A stretch of 64,000 bases of DNA from an uncultured virus (IMG/VR IMGVR_UViG_3300046170_000428) (lineage: Duplodnaviria > Heunggongvirae > Uroviricota > Caudoviricetes): the IMG/VR virus record IMGVR_UViG_3300046170_000428. One strand, written 5' to 3'. The notes beneath the pieces were generated by a model. That model searched no databases, was not told the origin of the DNA, and saw only the letters and a program-made list of their open reading frames with translations. The translations under genes and the position numbers were made by a program. This document shows, piece after piece, positions 38,750 to 48,659 of this stretch (the stretch's first letter is position 1; each line of letters starts with the position of its first letter).

Positions 38750-39938
38750 TTATTCACCTACATTTTGCCCTATGCCTTTTAATCATTCCTATATTGGTCC
38801 TGATTCAATAAGAAAACCGTGTAGTCGTTTTAATTTTAATATGATCGATCATGATAATTATGATGAATTTATAAAAAAACTTCAACAGTATAAACTAAAA
38901 GGCGAAAGACATCCTGGCTGCCGTAAATGTTGGGTTGAAGAAGATGCTGGTCGTAAAAGATCGTTGAGACAAATTCATTTGAATGTTGAAGGATTTAACT
39001 ATCCAATGACACATGATCTTGACCCAAATAATCCTAAGATTCGCTGGTTAGAATTAGCATTTTCAAATCGTTGTAATATTAGATGTAGAATGTGCGGGCC
39101 ATTTTATTCTACAAATTGGTTTAAAGACTGGGCTGCAGTTCCTGAATATGCCTTTGGAATACCAGGTGTTGGTAAAAGTCAAAACGATGTTGAAAACTTT
39201 TTAAAAATTAATGGTAATAAAGCACAATCATTTGATATATCAACTTTAGACAAATATATTCCAGATTTACGTATGGTTAAAATGACTGGCGGAGAACCTT
39301 TTTTAATTCCGGAATATCATCAGATTTTAGAACGTATAGATGAAATTGGTAATGCTCAAGGAATGTGGTTAAACTATAGTACAAACTTAACAGTAAAACC
39401 GAAAAAAAGATTAAAAGAGCTTTGGAAAAAATATGAAAAAGTTATGTTTGCTACATCACTTGATGGCGTAGGACATTTTATAGAATATCAAAGATATCCT
39501 ACAAAATGGTGTGATGTAAGAGAAGTAATGGATGATTTAATGCAAATTCCAAATGCGTGGGTTGGCGTTAGATCAACTATTACAATTTATAATGTTTTAA
39601 ATATGACAGGTATAGCACATTGGTTTGCTGAACAAGAAGACAAATATAATGGATTTAGCGAAGATAGTTGGATAAATTTTGTAGGTGTAACAGAACCAAG
39701 CTATTTATCAATTACTGTTTTACCGAAATGGGCAAAAGACATGATAGCAGAAAGACTATCGTGGTCAGCGCCGTCCAGAAAAGTTCAAGATAACTTTGAT
39801 CAAATAATTAAATATATGTACAATGAGGACAATTCTAATAAATTACCACAGTTTGTTGACTATACACGAAAGCTTGATAAAGCAAGAGGTGAAAGTTTTG
39901 CAGAAGTTGCGCCTGAACTAGCAGAATTAATGAAATGA
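38742..39938 (+). CDS. radical SAM enzyme 6
   Basis: CNIRCRMC, GGEP; N-terminal C..C..CRKC. Confidence 0.9.
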   Translation: MLNYSPTFCPMPFNHSYIGPDSIRKPCSRFNFNMIDHDNYDEFIKKLQQYKLKGERHPGCRKCWVEEDAGRKRSLRQIHLNVEGFNYPMTHDLDPNNPKIRWLELAFSNRCNIRCRMCGPFYSTNWFKDWAAVPEYAFGIPGVGKSQNDVENFLKINGNKAQSFDISTLDKYIPDLRMVKMTGGEPFLIPEYHQILERIDEIGNAQGMWLNYSTNLTVKPKKRLKELWKKYEKVMFATSLDGVGHFIEYQRYPTKWCDVREVMDDLMQIPNAWVGVRSTITIYNVLNMTGIAHWFAEQEDKYNGFSEDSWINFVGVTEPSYLSITVLPKWAKDMIAERLSWSAPSRKVQDNFDQIIKYMYNEDNSNKLPQFVDYTRKLDKARGESFAEVAPELAELMK

Positions 39939-40465
39939 TATTGAGCTCAGGGAAAAATAAAATATATTGCCCTTTACTTGATTTTGATGCAATTGATATG
40001 TGTTTAGATTTTTTAGAGCCAAAAAAATATTTTGGTAAAAATAATAAGAACTATATTCAGCGTTTAGATCCAAATGGACAACAATATTTAAATTCTTGTA
40101 TCTGGGATAAATCTAAAGGAAAATGGGAATTTAAGTTTTGTCATAGTGAATATCCAGATTCTTATCATAATAATAATGGAAATCTTGGATTTATACTTCC
40201 ACTTGCATGGCAAAATCACGCTCCAGCTACTATCATGTATAAGTGGTATTCTGATCGAAAAGTAATATATAAAGAAAGAGGTAAAATTTATTATACTGAT
40301 AATGATGAATTAGCTCTTACTATCACAAAAAATTCACCAAAAATTGATATAGTATTTGAGTGGAAAAAAGATAGAGCATTAATTTTTGATTGTAATCAAT
40401 TACAATCAACTACTAGAAATTGGGAAAGTGGTTGGAAGGAATATATAATTGGCTTCGTCATTTAA
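39935..40465 (+). CDS. degenerate 2OG-Fe(II) oxygenase/cupin-like protein
   Basis: Paralogue of the next ORF (GFILP..W...PATIMYKW.SDRKV, FEW.KD..L.F.C.QL); HxD site reads HNN. Confidence 0.45.
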   Translation: MILSSGKNKIYCPLLDFDAIDMCLDFLEPKKYFGKNNKNYIQRLDPNGQQYLNSCIWDKSKGKWEFKFCHSEYPDSYHNNNGNLGFILPLAWQNHAPATIMYKWYSDRKVIYKERGKIYYTDNDELALTITKNSPKIDIVFEWKKDRALIFDCNQLQSTTRNWESGWKEYIIGFVI

Positions 40466-40994
40466 TTCTATAGTTATAGATAATCCTTTTAATATGGATA
40501 TTATTGAAATGGCATTTGATTATTTTGAAGATAACTATAAATATAGCAAATTAGGCGAAGATCAAAAAAACTGGGCTTTTAATATAACCCCTAGATTTCA
40601 AAAATTAATGAATGAAAAAATGCCGTATTTTCAAGGAAGGTGGGTATTTAATTTTTTTCATAGCGATCATCCTATGCCATGGCATACTGATACAATAGAT
40701 GAAAGTGATGGAAATATTGGATTTATACTCCCATATCAATGGGAAGGTAATAAACCTGCTACTATCATGTATAAATGGTGGTCAGATCGAAAAGTCAAAT
40801 ATGTTGGAAACGATGAAATTAGATATCTTGACACTGATGAGTTAGCCCTTACAGTTAAAGATTTACCTAAAGTTGATTTTACTTTTGAATGGGAAAAGGA
40901 CAAAGGTCTTTTATTTAATTGTAGACAGTTACGGACTAATAGAAAATTTGAAAGACCTGCATGGAAGGAGTTCATAATTGGCTTCGTCATCTAA
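40449..40994 (+). CDS. 2OG-Fe(II) oxygenase/cupin-like protein (TTG start)
   Basis: MPWHTD (HxD) followed by beta-rich segments; the distal His position reads QLR. Confidence 0.5.
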   Translation: MASSFNSIVIDNPFNMDIIEMAFDYFEDNYKYSKLGEDQKNWAFNITPRFQKLMNEKMPYFQGRWVFNFFHSDHPMPWHTDTIDESDGNIGFILPYQWEGNKPATIMYKWWSDRKVKYVGNDEIRYLDTDELALTVKDLPKVDFTFEWEKDKGLLFNCRQLRTNRKFERPAWKEFIIGFVI

Positions 40995-42162
40995 TACTAT
41001 ATGCATGATTCCATGGGAAGCCATGGCTGTCAATATGGAAAGCAATATAAGACCGTGTTGTCGTTTTAAAGTTAAAGATTCTGTAGCTCCAGAAGATTAC
41101 GAAGAAGCATTTAAACAATTACGTATTGATATGCTTAATGGTAAAAAAGATCCACGTTGTAAAAAATGTTGGCAAGAAGAAGAAGCTGATATTCCAAGTA
41201 TGAGAACCCGTGCTAATTCTTTTCATGGTTTAGAATTTAAAAAAGATATTCTTACTGAAAAATTTCGTAAACTTACTCACATTGAATTAAGTTTAGATAA
41301 TATTTGTAACTTTCAATGTCGCATGTGTTCAAGCCTATACTCTTCTAAATTAATTAAAAGGGATATGTGGGCAGTAAAAGAAAGACCAGATATTGAATTT
41401 AATGTGGCTAAAGTACAAAAGTCAAGATATGAAACTTTAAAGGATATGAATATTGATTGGTCAGAACTACGAAGTGTTAAACTGCTTGGTGGTGAACCGA
41501 TGATGTCTCCAAACTTTTTAGATTTTTTATACTTTCTTGATATGCGTACAGATATATCAAAAGTAGAACTTGAAATTGTAAGCAATTGCTCATTGTCTAT
41601 GTCAGAAGAAATAGCAGAGATTTTAAATCAATTTCAATTTATTCGATTGTCTGGAAGTTTTGACGCTACTCCAAAATTAAATGAATATCAAAGAGTCGGA
41701 TCTAAATGGCATGAAGGATTAAATAATTTTATTGAATATGGTGAACTATTAAAAAATAGGCGAATGATAATTCATCAAACATTTACTGTTTTGAACATTA
41801 ATAAAATAGATGAATCACTCAAATTATATGAACCCCATTGTGATTCTATATCATGGTCATATGATGAGTATTATCTTTCTTTTATGTCCGCGCCTGATTG
41901 GTTTGAAGAATGGGTTTTAAAAACAAACTCAAACGAAAAACTTAAAAATATATTTAAAAAACGAGAATATAATGATGAAAAATGGCGTAAAGTGATGAGA
42001 ACAATTTATGCACTTGATGATTTTTATGGAACTAATATTGAAGAAGCAAATCCAGAACTAGCACGAATGCTAAGAATACATAATAAAAAAAGGGTATATA
42101 ATCATAAGTGTAATGGCGATCCTGATTGTTATTATTGTAACTTATACGAAGAAGCGATATGA
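40978..42162 (+). CDS. radical SAM enzyme 7 (TTG start)
   Basis: CNFQCRMC, GGEP; N-terminal C..PW..CC..CKKC; extra C-terminal C....CYYC. Confidence 0.9.
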   Translation: MASSSNTICMIPWEAMAVNMESNIRPCCRFKVKDSVAPEDYEEAFKQLRIDMLNGKKDPRCKKCWQEEEADIPSMRTRANSFHGLEFKKDILTEKFRKLTHIELSLDNICNFQCRMCSSLYSSKLIKRDMWAVKERPDIEFNVAKVQKSRYETLKDMNIDWSELRSVKLLGGEPMMSPNFLDFLYFLDMRTDISKVELEIVSNCSLSMSEEIAEILNQFQFIRLSGSFDATPKLNEYQRVGSKWHEGLNNFIEYGELLKNRRMIIHQTFTVLNINKIDESLKLYEPHCDSISWSYDEYYLSFMSAPDWFEEWVLKTNSNEKLKNIFKKREYNDEKWRKVMRTIYALDDFYGTNIEEANPELARMLRIHNKKRVYNHKCNGDPDCYYCNLYEEAI

Positions 42163-43340
42163 AATGTAAATTAGCATGGTCACATTTAGATTTTAAACCT
42201 GGTGGTTATGCACCATGTTATAGATTTAAATTATACGACGGACATAAATTTGGTAATGTTCCAGAAATGCCTGATGTCAATTCTCCCGAGTGGGTACGTG
42301 TGCGGGAGCAATTAAAAAATGATGAATGGCCAAAAGAATGTGTAGATTGTAAAATTCAAGAAGAAAGTGGAATCAGATCATATAGACAAAGATCTGAAGA
42401 TTTACTTGTTTCAGAACCAGATTATACAAAAACAACTATTCAAATTAAAGACTTACAGCTCAAACTTAATAGAGCATGTAACTATTCATGTCGACATTGT
42501 ACAGTTGCTAGTAATTCTAACTTTATTAAAGTCGGTAAAGAAAATCCGGAAATAGCAAAAAGACTGTGGGAAGATCATCATTTCGATCACATTATTGAAC
42601 GAAATGAACATAAAATAGATATACCTACGCCTGAAGTTATTGATCATCTTTTTGAAAATGTATTACCAACTATTGAACGTATTGAGTTTTCTGGCGGTGA
42701 ACCATTTTTCCATGTTGAAATGTATAGATTCTTGCAGCGTATGATTGATGATAGCAATATTGATACATCGCAAATTACTCTCATATATAATACAAATATG
42801 TCGCTTACACGATTTAAAAATTATGATATATGTGAGTTATGGAAACATTTTAAAAGAGCTGATATTACAGTAAGTATGGATGGAACTACAGATTTGTTTA
42901 ACTATTTTAGACAAGGTGGTGACTATAATAAAGTAATTGATAATATTCATGATATGCTATCTAGAACAGATAAAGTCACAAGATTATTATTCGTATGTAC
43001 TACAACTGCATATCATGCCTTTTATATGGATAAAATTGATTATGAATTAGGACTTTTAAAAAAAGAATTACAACAAAAATATAAGATTGAAGTAAAATAC
43101 AGACCAACATTTGTTCATTGGCCAGAAGGATTAGATGTAGTTAATCTTGCCGAAGATACTAAAAAAGATTTATTAGAAACTACAAATGATACTGAATTTA
43201 CAAAAGAATTTAAACTAAGATTAAAAGGAAAGCGTACTATTCCAACTGAAACATTTAAAGATATTGTAATGCTTCAAGACCAACTTTATAACAGAGACGC
43301 TAGTAAATTAGCACCGAGGATTTTTGATTATGTCTATTAA
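42159..43340 (+). CDS. radical SAM enzyme 8
   Basis: CNYSCRHC, SGGEP; N-terminal C..AW..C..CVDC. Confidence 0.9.
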   Translation: MKCKLAWSHLDFKPGGYAPCYRFKLYDGHKFGNVPEMPDVNSPEWVRVREQLKNDEWPKECVDCKIQEESGIRSYRQRSEDLLVSEPDYTKTTIQIKDLQLKLNRACNYSCRHCTVASNSNFIKVGKENPEIAKRLWEDHHFDHIIERNEHKIDIPTPEVIDHLFENVLPTIERIEFSGGEPFFHVEMYRFLQRMIDDSNIDTSQITLIYNTNMSLTRFKNYDICELWKHFKRADITVSMDGTTDLFNYFRQGGDYNKVIDNIHDMLSRTDKVTRLLFVCTTTAYHAFYMDKIDYELGLLKKELQQKYKIEVKYRPTFVHWPEGLDVVNLAEDTKKDLLETTNDTEFTKEFKLRLKGKRTIPTETFKDIVMLQDQLYNRDASKLAPRIFDYVY

Positions 43341-44055
43341 TATTCCAATTACAACTGAAAATGTTATTATTAGATTATCTGGAGGTGCAGATAGCGCATT
43401 ACTCCTTTATATGATTTGTGATGAATATAAAAAAGCAAATAAACCACTTAGTATATGGCCAATTACTGTTATTCACGGCGTACGAAACTGGCAAAGTTAT
43501 CATGCTCAACAGGTACTTGACTATATGATAGACAAATTTCCAGATGTAAATTGGATGACTCATGAAGTTCGAAAATGTATGGATCCTGGTGGAAAACCAA
43601 ATAATAAAAATGCTAATAATTATGTTGACGATCAAGAATCATTAATTGACAATGTAGTAACTAAAGTTGGTAAAACATGTGCAGTATTTAACGGTGTAAC
43701 AGCAAACCCGCCAGAAGAAATTGGTCAAAAGTATTGGGGTTCATCAAAAGTTTTTGGTCCAAAAGTTTGGGATGTGCGAGAAAAGCATAGAGACTGGAAA
43801 TTTATTGCTGATAGAAAACCAATTGAAGATGATAGTGCAAGAAAATTAGTACATGTCAATCCATTTATTCAACATCATAAAGGGCATGTTGCTAAATTGT
43901 ATTATGATTATGGACTAATTGATGATTTATTACCACTCACTCGATCGTGTGAAGGCTGGGATTATATGACAGCTAATTATTCTAAAACATGTGGAGAATG
44001 TTGGTGGTGTATGGAAAGGGAGTGGGCTTTTGAAGACGGTTATCGTTCAATTTGA
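43330..44055 (+). CDS. QueC-like PP-loop ATPase (adenine nucleotide alpha-hydrolase)
   Basis: LSGGADSA PP-loop; TRSC...CGECWWC.ER zinc motif. Confidence 0.8.
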   Translation: MSINIPITTENVIIRLSGGADSALLLYMICDEYKKANKPLSIWPITVIHGVRNWQSYHAQQVLDYMIDKFPDVNWMTHEVRKCMDPGGKPNNKNANNYVDDQESLIDNVVTKVGKTCAVFNGVTANPPEEIGQKYWGSSKVFGPKVWDVREKHRDWKFIADRKPIEDDSARKLVHVNPFIQHHKGHVAKLYYDYGLIDDLLPLTRSCEGWDYMTANYSKTCGECWWCMEREWAFEDGYRSI

Positions 44056-44734
44056 ATATGAAATAAAAGACAAAAGTACTAGCGCATATGCTGGAGATCG
44101 ATCAGAATCAAAGGTACAGTATACTCTTGATATGTGCAAAGATTCTATGGCAGATTATGCAGAGAGGCATGAATATGATTTTAAGTACATAACTGAAACT
44201 ACAGATTTTCATGAAAAGCAATGGAAAGACTATGATCCACGTGGTAAAATTCATTTTGAAAGTGGCGGCAAAACAACAAAATTAGGTGAAGATCTTTTTT
44301 GTGGTACAGGTTGGAAATATGTTTACGGCTGGTTTTATTATCTTCCAAAATTAGCACTTGAGTACGATCGTATTATTAAAACTGATACTGATGTATATGT
44401 TATGAATCCTGAAATTCCATTTCCAATTGAAAAAACTGGATTTGTAAGTAAATGTTTAAAAAACCTTGGTATAATTATGTTTGATAAAGAATCAGCAAAT
44501 GCTTATTATGAATGGGGAATTAAAAACCTAATTCATGAGGAAGGTTACTGGGATCTTATGAAAAAGTTTTTAAAAGTTCATCCACAATATGCTAATTTAA
44601 CTTTGCCTATAGAATTTCATAATACTATTGCGCGAGATCCTCAACCAGAAACATGTGTAATGTATCATTTATCTAGTATGCCAAATAATAAAAAATATAA
44701 AGGACTATGTACAGCATTAGAAAAATACACTTAG
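43991..44734 (+). CDS. glycosyltransferase-like protein (GT34/GT-A-like); start probably TTG at 44030
   Basis: SM.DYAERH.YDF, YDRIIKTDTDV (DxD), EFHN, MYH. Confidence 0.55.
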   Translation: MENVGGVWKGSGLLKTVIVQFEYEIKDKSTSAYAGDRSESKVQYTLDMCKDSMADYAERHEYDFKYITETTDFHEKQWKDYDPRGKIHFESGGKTTKLGEDLFCGTGWKYVYGWFYYLPKLALEYDRIIKTDTDVYVMNPEIPFPIEKTGFVSKCLKNLGIIMFDKESANAYYEWGIKNLIHEEGYWDLMKKFLKVHPQYANLTLPIEFHNTIARDPQPETCVMYHLSSMPNNKKYKGLCTALEKYT

Positions 44735-45693
44735 AGTCTACTGAAATATGTCAGGCAATGTGTCCTATGTGCGACCGAGTCACATTAGATGGTAAATTAA
44801 ATCCATGGATTACTAATGCTAGTCTTTCTCTTGATGATATCAGAGGTATGTTTCCAATAGGTTTTATAGAACAACTTAACGAGATGTATATGTGCGGCAA
44901 TCTCGGAGACCCAATGTTGGCTCCAGAATGCGTTGAAATATTTGCATATTTTAGAAAACATAATCCGAAAATATATCTTTCTATGAATACAAATGGAGGA
45001 GCTCGTAAGCCTGATTTTTGGAGGAATCTTGCTAAATTAACAAATCATGTTACATTTTCAATAGACGGTTTAGAAGACACCAATCACATTTATAGAAAGG
45101 GTGTTTCTTGGAAAAATGTAATGAATAATGTAAAGGAATTTATTAATGCTGGTGGAAAAGCAAAATGGGACTACCTGGTATTTGAACACAATGAACATCA
45201 AATCGAACTTGCAGAGGCAACCAGTACAAGACTTGGATTTGTTGATTTTAGAGTCAAAACGACTAACAGATATGATAAAAAACGCCCTGCATGGCAAACA
45301 TACTGGAGGGGAAAAGAACAAGAAATATTAAAACCGCCTAAACAAAAAAAATATCAAAGTGAAGTAGTTAATAATCCACTAAAAAATAAACATGAATTTA
45401 ATATAGATCCAAAATGTGTTAAAAATAAAGAAATATATATTTCTGCTAGAGGCCATGTATTTCCTTGTTGTTGGGCACATGCTTCTACATGTAGTTCTCA
45501 AAAATTAGATTTAGCTGATAAATTAGACATGAATTCAATGGTAAGAGAAAACAATGCAAAGGAAGTAGGAATAAATAAAGCTATAGAATGGTTTGATAGT
45601 ATATTTGAAAGATGGAATACTGATGATAAGCCATACATATGTTCAGCTAAGTGTAATATAAAACAAGATACAGTGAAATTACAATATGTATAA
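44707..45693 (+). CDS. radical SAM enzyme 9, C-terminal SPASM/twitch
   Basis: CQAMCPMC, GNLGDP, NTNGG, FSIDG; C-terminal C...VFPCCW...CSAKC. Confidence 0.9.
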   Translation: MYSIRKIHLESTEICQAMCPMCDRVTLDGKLNPWITNASLSLDDIRGMFPIGFIEQLNEMYMCGNLGDPMLAPECVEIFAYFRKHNPKIYLSMNTNGGARKPDFWRNLAKLTNHVTFSIDGLEDTNHIYRKGVSWKNVMNNVKEFINAGGKAKWDYLVFEHNEHQIELAEATSTRLGFVDFRVKTTNRYDKKRPAWQTYWRGKEQEILKPPKQKKYQSEVVNNPLKNKHEFNIDPKCVKNKEIYISARGHVFPCCWAHASTCSSQKLDLADKLDMNSMVRENNAKEVGINKAIEWFDSIFERWNTDDKPYICSAKCNIKQDTVKLQYV

Positions 45694-46753
45694 TAATGTG
45701 AAAATGGTTCATTTTGAACCAACTCAAATGTGTCAAGCTTCTTGCCCTATGTGTGATAGAAACAAAAATGGTGGAGAAGTGAATCAATATTTAAAAGATG
45801 AATCTATGACGCTCGAAGGTTTTAAAAAAGCCTTCTCAAAAGAATTTCTTGCAAATCTTAAAACTTTCTTTTTCTGTGGAAACCATGGAGATCCTATTTT
45901 TGCACCTGACATGTTAGAACATGCAAAATATGTTCGTGAGTGTAATCCTGAAATTAATATGTTTGTTACTACTAATGGTGGTGCACGTAAACCTGAATGG
46001 TGGGAAGAATTAGCAAAAGTAGTTTCATTTGTTAATTTTTCAGTTGATGGTTTACAAGACACTAATCATTTTTATAGACAAGGTGTTAAATGGCAAAATG
46101 TTGAAGATAATATGGCAGCATTTTGTGATGCTGGAGGTTATGCTAAATGGACATTTCTTGTATTTAATTATAATGAACATCAAGTAGAACAGGCTCGTAT
46201 GTTTGCCGAACTAATAGGTGTAAAAGATTTTATTGTAAAGAAATCTGGTAGATATATTAATACTGCAGACCTAAAGAAAAAAGATGATCATCAGGCAGTT
46301 TTTAGAGGGAAAGATGCTATTCGATTATCTCCACCAAAAGACCCTAAATATCGCAATAAAGCAATTGATAATGATTATGACAAAATAGTAGAAAAATATG
46401 GATCCATGGATAGTTTTATCGATGTTGCAGAAATTAAACCGAAATGTTTACAGAAACAAGAAATATACGTATCGGCTGAAGGTTTAGTTTTTCCATGTTG
46501 TTGGTTAGCAGGTCAAGTGTATAAATGGTGGAGACCTATTGAAAGCTCTCAAGAATATAAAGTTATTATGTCAACTGGCGGATTTGAAAAAATAAATGTA
46601 CATCATACTCCATTACAAGAAATTATTAACGGAGACTTTTTTGCTACCGTAAAGGGTAGTTGGGACATTCATGGAGTAGGACAAGGTAGAATGAAAACAT
46701 GTGCAACCAAATGTAATGTTGGTTTTGATCCTTTTGTGGCGCAGTGGGCATGA
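45686..46753 (+). CDS. radical SAM enzyme 10 (paralogue of enzyme 9)
   Basis: CQASCPMC, GNHGDP, TTNGG, VFPCCW, CATKC. Confidence 0.9.
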   Translation: MYNNVKMVHFEPTQMCQASCPMCDRNKNGGEVNQYLKDESMTLEGFKKAFSKEFLANLKTFFFCGNHGDPIFAPDMLEHAKYVRECNPEINMFVTTNGGARKPEWWEELAKVVSFVNFSVDGLQDTNHFYRQGVKWQNVEDNMAAFCDAGGYAKWTFLVFNYNEHQVEQARMFAELIGVKDFIVKKSGRYINTADLKKKDDHQAVFRGKDAIRLSPPKDPKYRNKAIDNDYDKIVEKYGSMDSFIDVAEIKPKCLQKQEIYVSAEGLVFPCCWLAGQVYKWWRPIESSQEYKVIMSTGGFEKINVHHTPLQEIINGDFFATVKGSWDIHGVGQGRMKTCATKCNVGFDPFVAQWA

Positions 46754-48108
46754 CTAAAATAATGGGCATTTCAGAGGGTAGTCACGATGCTGCATATGCA
46801 GTTATTGAACATGGTAATATTTTATCAGCGCATCATGCAGAAAGATGGACCCGGAAAAAAAATGAAAAATGGCTTTTACCTCGTTTTATGCCTTTTGGTA
46901 AAAATAAAAGAAAAAAACAACTTGTTGGTAAAGTTGATATTATTATAGGTCATGAAGATAAAAAAAGAGTAAATGAAAGAAGAATAAAAGCAGGCCAAAA
47001 ATTACTTATTGAAAATATACCAGTAAACTACTATTATAATCATTATGAAACTCATGCTTGGGCCGGATGGGCAACTGCACCTTTTGATGATTGTGATATA
47101 CTTTGTATTGATGCAATTGGCGAATCTGAATCAGCTACGGTATTTGAAGTTAGAAATAAAATATTTACTAAAACTTGGGAAATGGAATATCCACAGAGTC
47201 TTGGTTTAATATATTCTGCAGTTACTCATGGATTAGGTTATAAGCCTATGGAAGAAGAATATATTGTAATGGGATTAGCCGCATATGGTGAGCCGATAAT
47301 TGATTTTGAATATCTTATGGATGAAAATTGTCATAAAGGGATTAAATTACCAAATAATAGACCAGAAGATATTGCCGCATCAGTACAAGCATTATATGAA
47401 AAACAATTACTTATTTTAATAGATAAGTATTGTAAGCATGATAATCTTATTTTAATGGGTGGATGCGCACTTAATTGTGTAGCTAATTCAAAAATTAAAG
47501 GAAAAAATATTTGGATTATGCCAAATCCAGGAGATGCAGGGTCTTCTCTTGGAGCAGCGGCAAGGCATTATGGTGATAAAGTAAAATGGGAGGGACCATA
47601 TCTTGGAAAAGATATTGAAAGGAGCATTAATCCTTATGAAGTTGTTAGACATCTTTATGAGCACGGTGTTTGTGGTGTGGCTAATGGTCGTGCTGAGTTT
47701 GGCCCTCGGGCCCTTGGTAATCGCAGTCTTATTGCTGACCCCCGCCTTGATATTAAAGATACTGTTAATGAAATTAAAAGGAGACAAAAATTCAGACCAT
47801 TCGCACCTGCAATATTAGAAGAATATGCTAATGAATATTTTGAAGGGCCAATGAATGAATATATGCAATTTGTAGCAAAAGCAAAACATGATTATAAATC
47901 TGTTACACATGTCGATGGTACCGCAAGAGTGCAAGTGGTAAAACCAAATTGTAAATCTGTTATTAGACAAATTCTTGAGGAATGGTATGAATTAACAGGC
48001 TGTCCTATGTTATTAAATACAAGCTTAAATATTAAAGGACAGCCAATGGTTAATAGTTGGCAACATGCATTAGAATTTGAAAATAAATATGGTGTCAAAG
48101 TTTTTTAA
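46750..48108 (+). CDS. O-carbamoyltransferase (NodU/CmcH/TobZ family)
   Basis: HDAA, AER..R.K, H...HA, DAIGE, EEY.VMGLAAYG, GGCALNC.AN, GDAG.S.GAA, EFGPRALGNRS, KRRQKFRPFAP, HVDGTARVQ, LLNTSLN. Confidence 0.95.
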   Translation: MTKIMGISEGSHDAAYAVIEHGNILSAHHAERWTRKKNEKWLLPRFMPFGKNKRKKQLVGKVDIIIGHEDKKRVNERRIKAGQKLLIENIPVNYYYNHYETHAWAGWATAPFDDCDILCIDAIGESESATVFEVRNKIFTKTWEMEYPQSLGLIYSAVTHGLGYKPMEEEYIVMGLAAYGEPIIDFEYLMDENCHKGIKLPNNRPEDIAASVQALYEKQLLILIDKYCKHDNLILMGGCALNCVANSKIKGKNIWIMPNPGDAGSSLGAAARHYGDKVKWEGPYLGKDIERSINPYEVVRHLYEHGVCGVANGRAEFGPRALGNRSLIADPRLDIKDTVNEIKRRQKFRPFAPAILEEYANEYFEGPMNEYMQFVAKAKHDYKSVTHVDGTARVQVVKPNCKSVIRQILEEWYELTGCPMLLNTSLNIKGQPMVNSWQHALEFENKYGVKVF

Positions 48109-48659
48109 TGAATAAATTACTAATATTTGATCTTGATGGTGTTTTAGCTGATACTCGAGAAATACATTATCACGCTCTCAATGAAGCACTTGAAGAAATA
48201 CTAGGTAAAAAAGCTATTATCGATAGAGATACACATTTATCACAATATGATGGTCTTCCCACTACCGTAAAACTTAAAAAACTTAAAATAGATCCTAGTT
48301 ACCATAATGATATATGGTTATCGAAACAAGATAAGACAGAAGATCTTGTTGATAAACAAATTATGACTGATTTACCCCTTATTCAATTTTGTAAAAAATT
48401 AGAAAAGGAAGGAATTAAATTAGCCTGTTGTAGTAATAGCATTCGAAGTACAATCATTCGAGTACTTCAAAAATTAGGTATATATGATTATATGGATATC
48501 ATAGTATCAAATGAAGATGTAATGAATAATAAACCGCATCCTGAAATGTTTTGGAATGCAATGACAAGTATAGGTACTATTCCAGAAAAAACAGTTATTT
48601 TAGAAGATAGCCATATTGGTAGATTAGCAGCAATAAGATCTGGTGCCTATACTTCGTGA
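48108..48659 (+). CDS. HAD-family phosphatase (probably N-terminal domain of a HAD-nucleotidyltransferase fusion)
   Basis: IFDLDGVL.D, CCSNS, KPHPE, ILEDS..G. Confidence 0.9.
   Translation: MNKLLIFDLDGVLADTREIHYHALNEALEEILGKKAIIDRDTHLSQYDGLPTTVKLKKLKIDPSYHNDIWLSKQDKTEDLVDKQIMTDLPLIQFCKKLEKEGIKLACCSNSIRSTIIRVLQKLGIYDYMDIIVSNEDVMNNKPHPEMFWNAMTSIGTIPEKTVILEDSHIGRLAAIRSGAYTS

Noticed and set aside
37793..44055. 7-deazaguanine DNA modification pathway (QueE-like CSYCD motif plus QueC-like gene)
   Set aside because: No FolE, QueD or DpdA in the window. Enzyme 5 has an extra C-terminal Cys cluster and a paralogue, and the locus lies among virion genes. Not excluded for the rest of the genome.
47660..47750. 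GC-rich patch in the carbamoyltransferase gene
   Set aside because: Coincides with the Gly/Ala/Arg/Pro-rich conserved motif GRAEFGPRALGNRS; amino-acid composition largely explains it.
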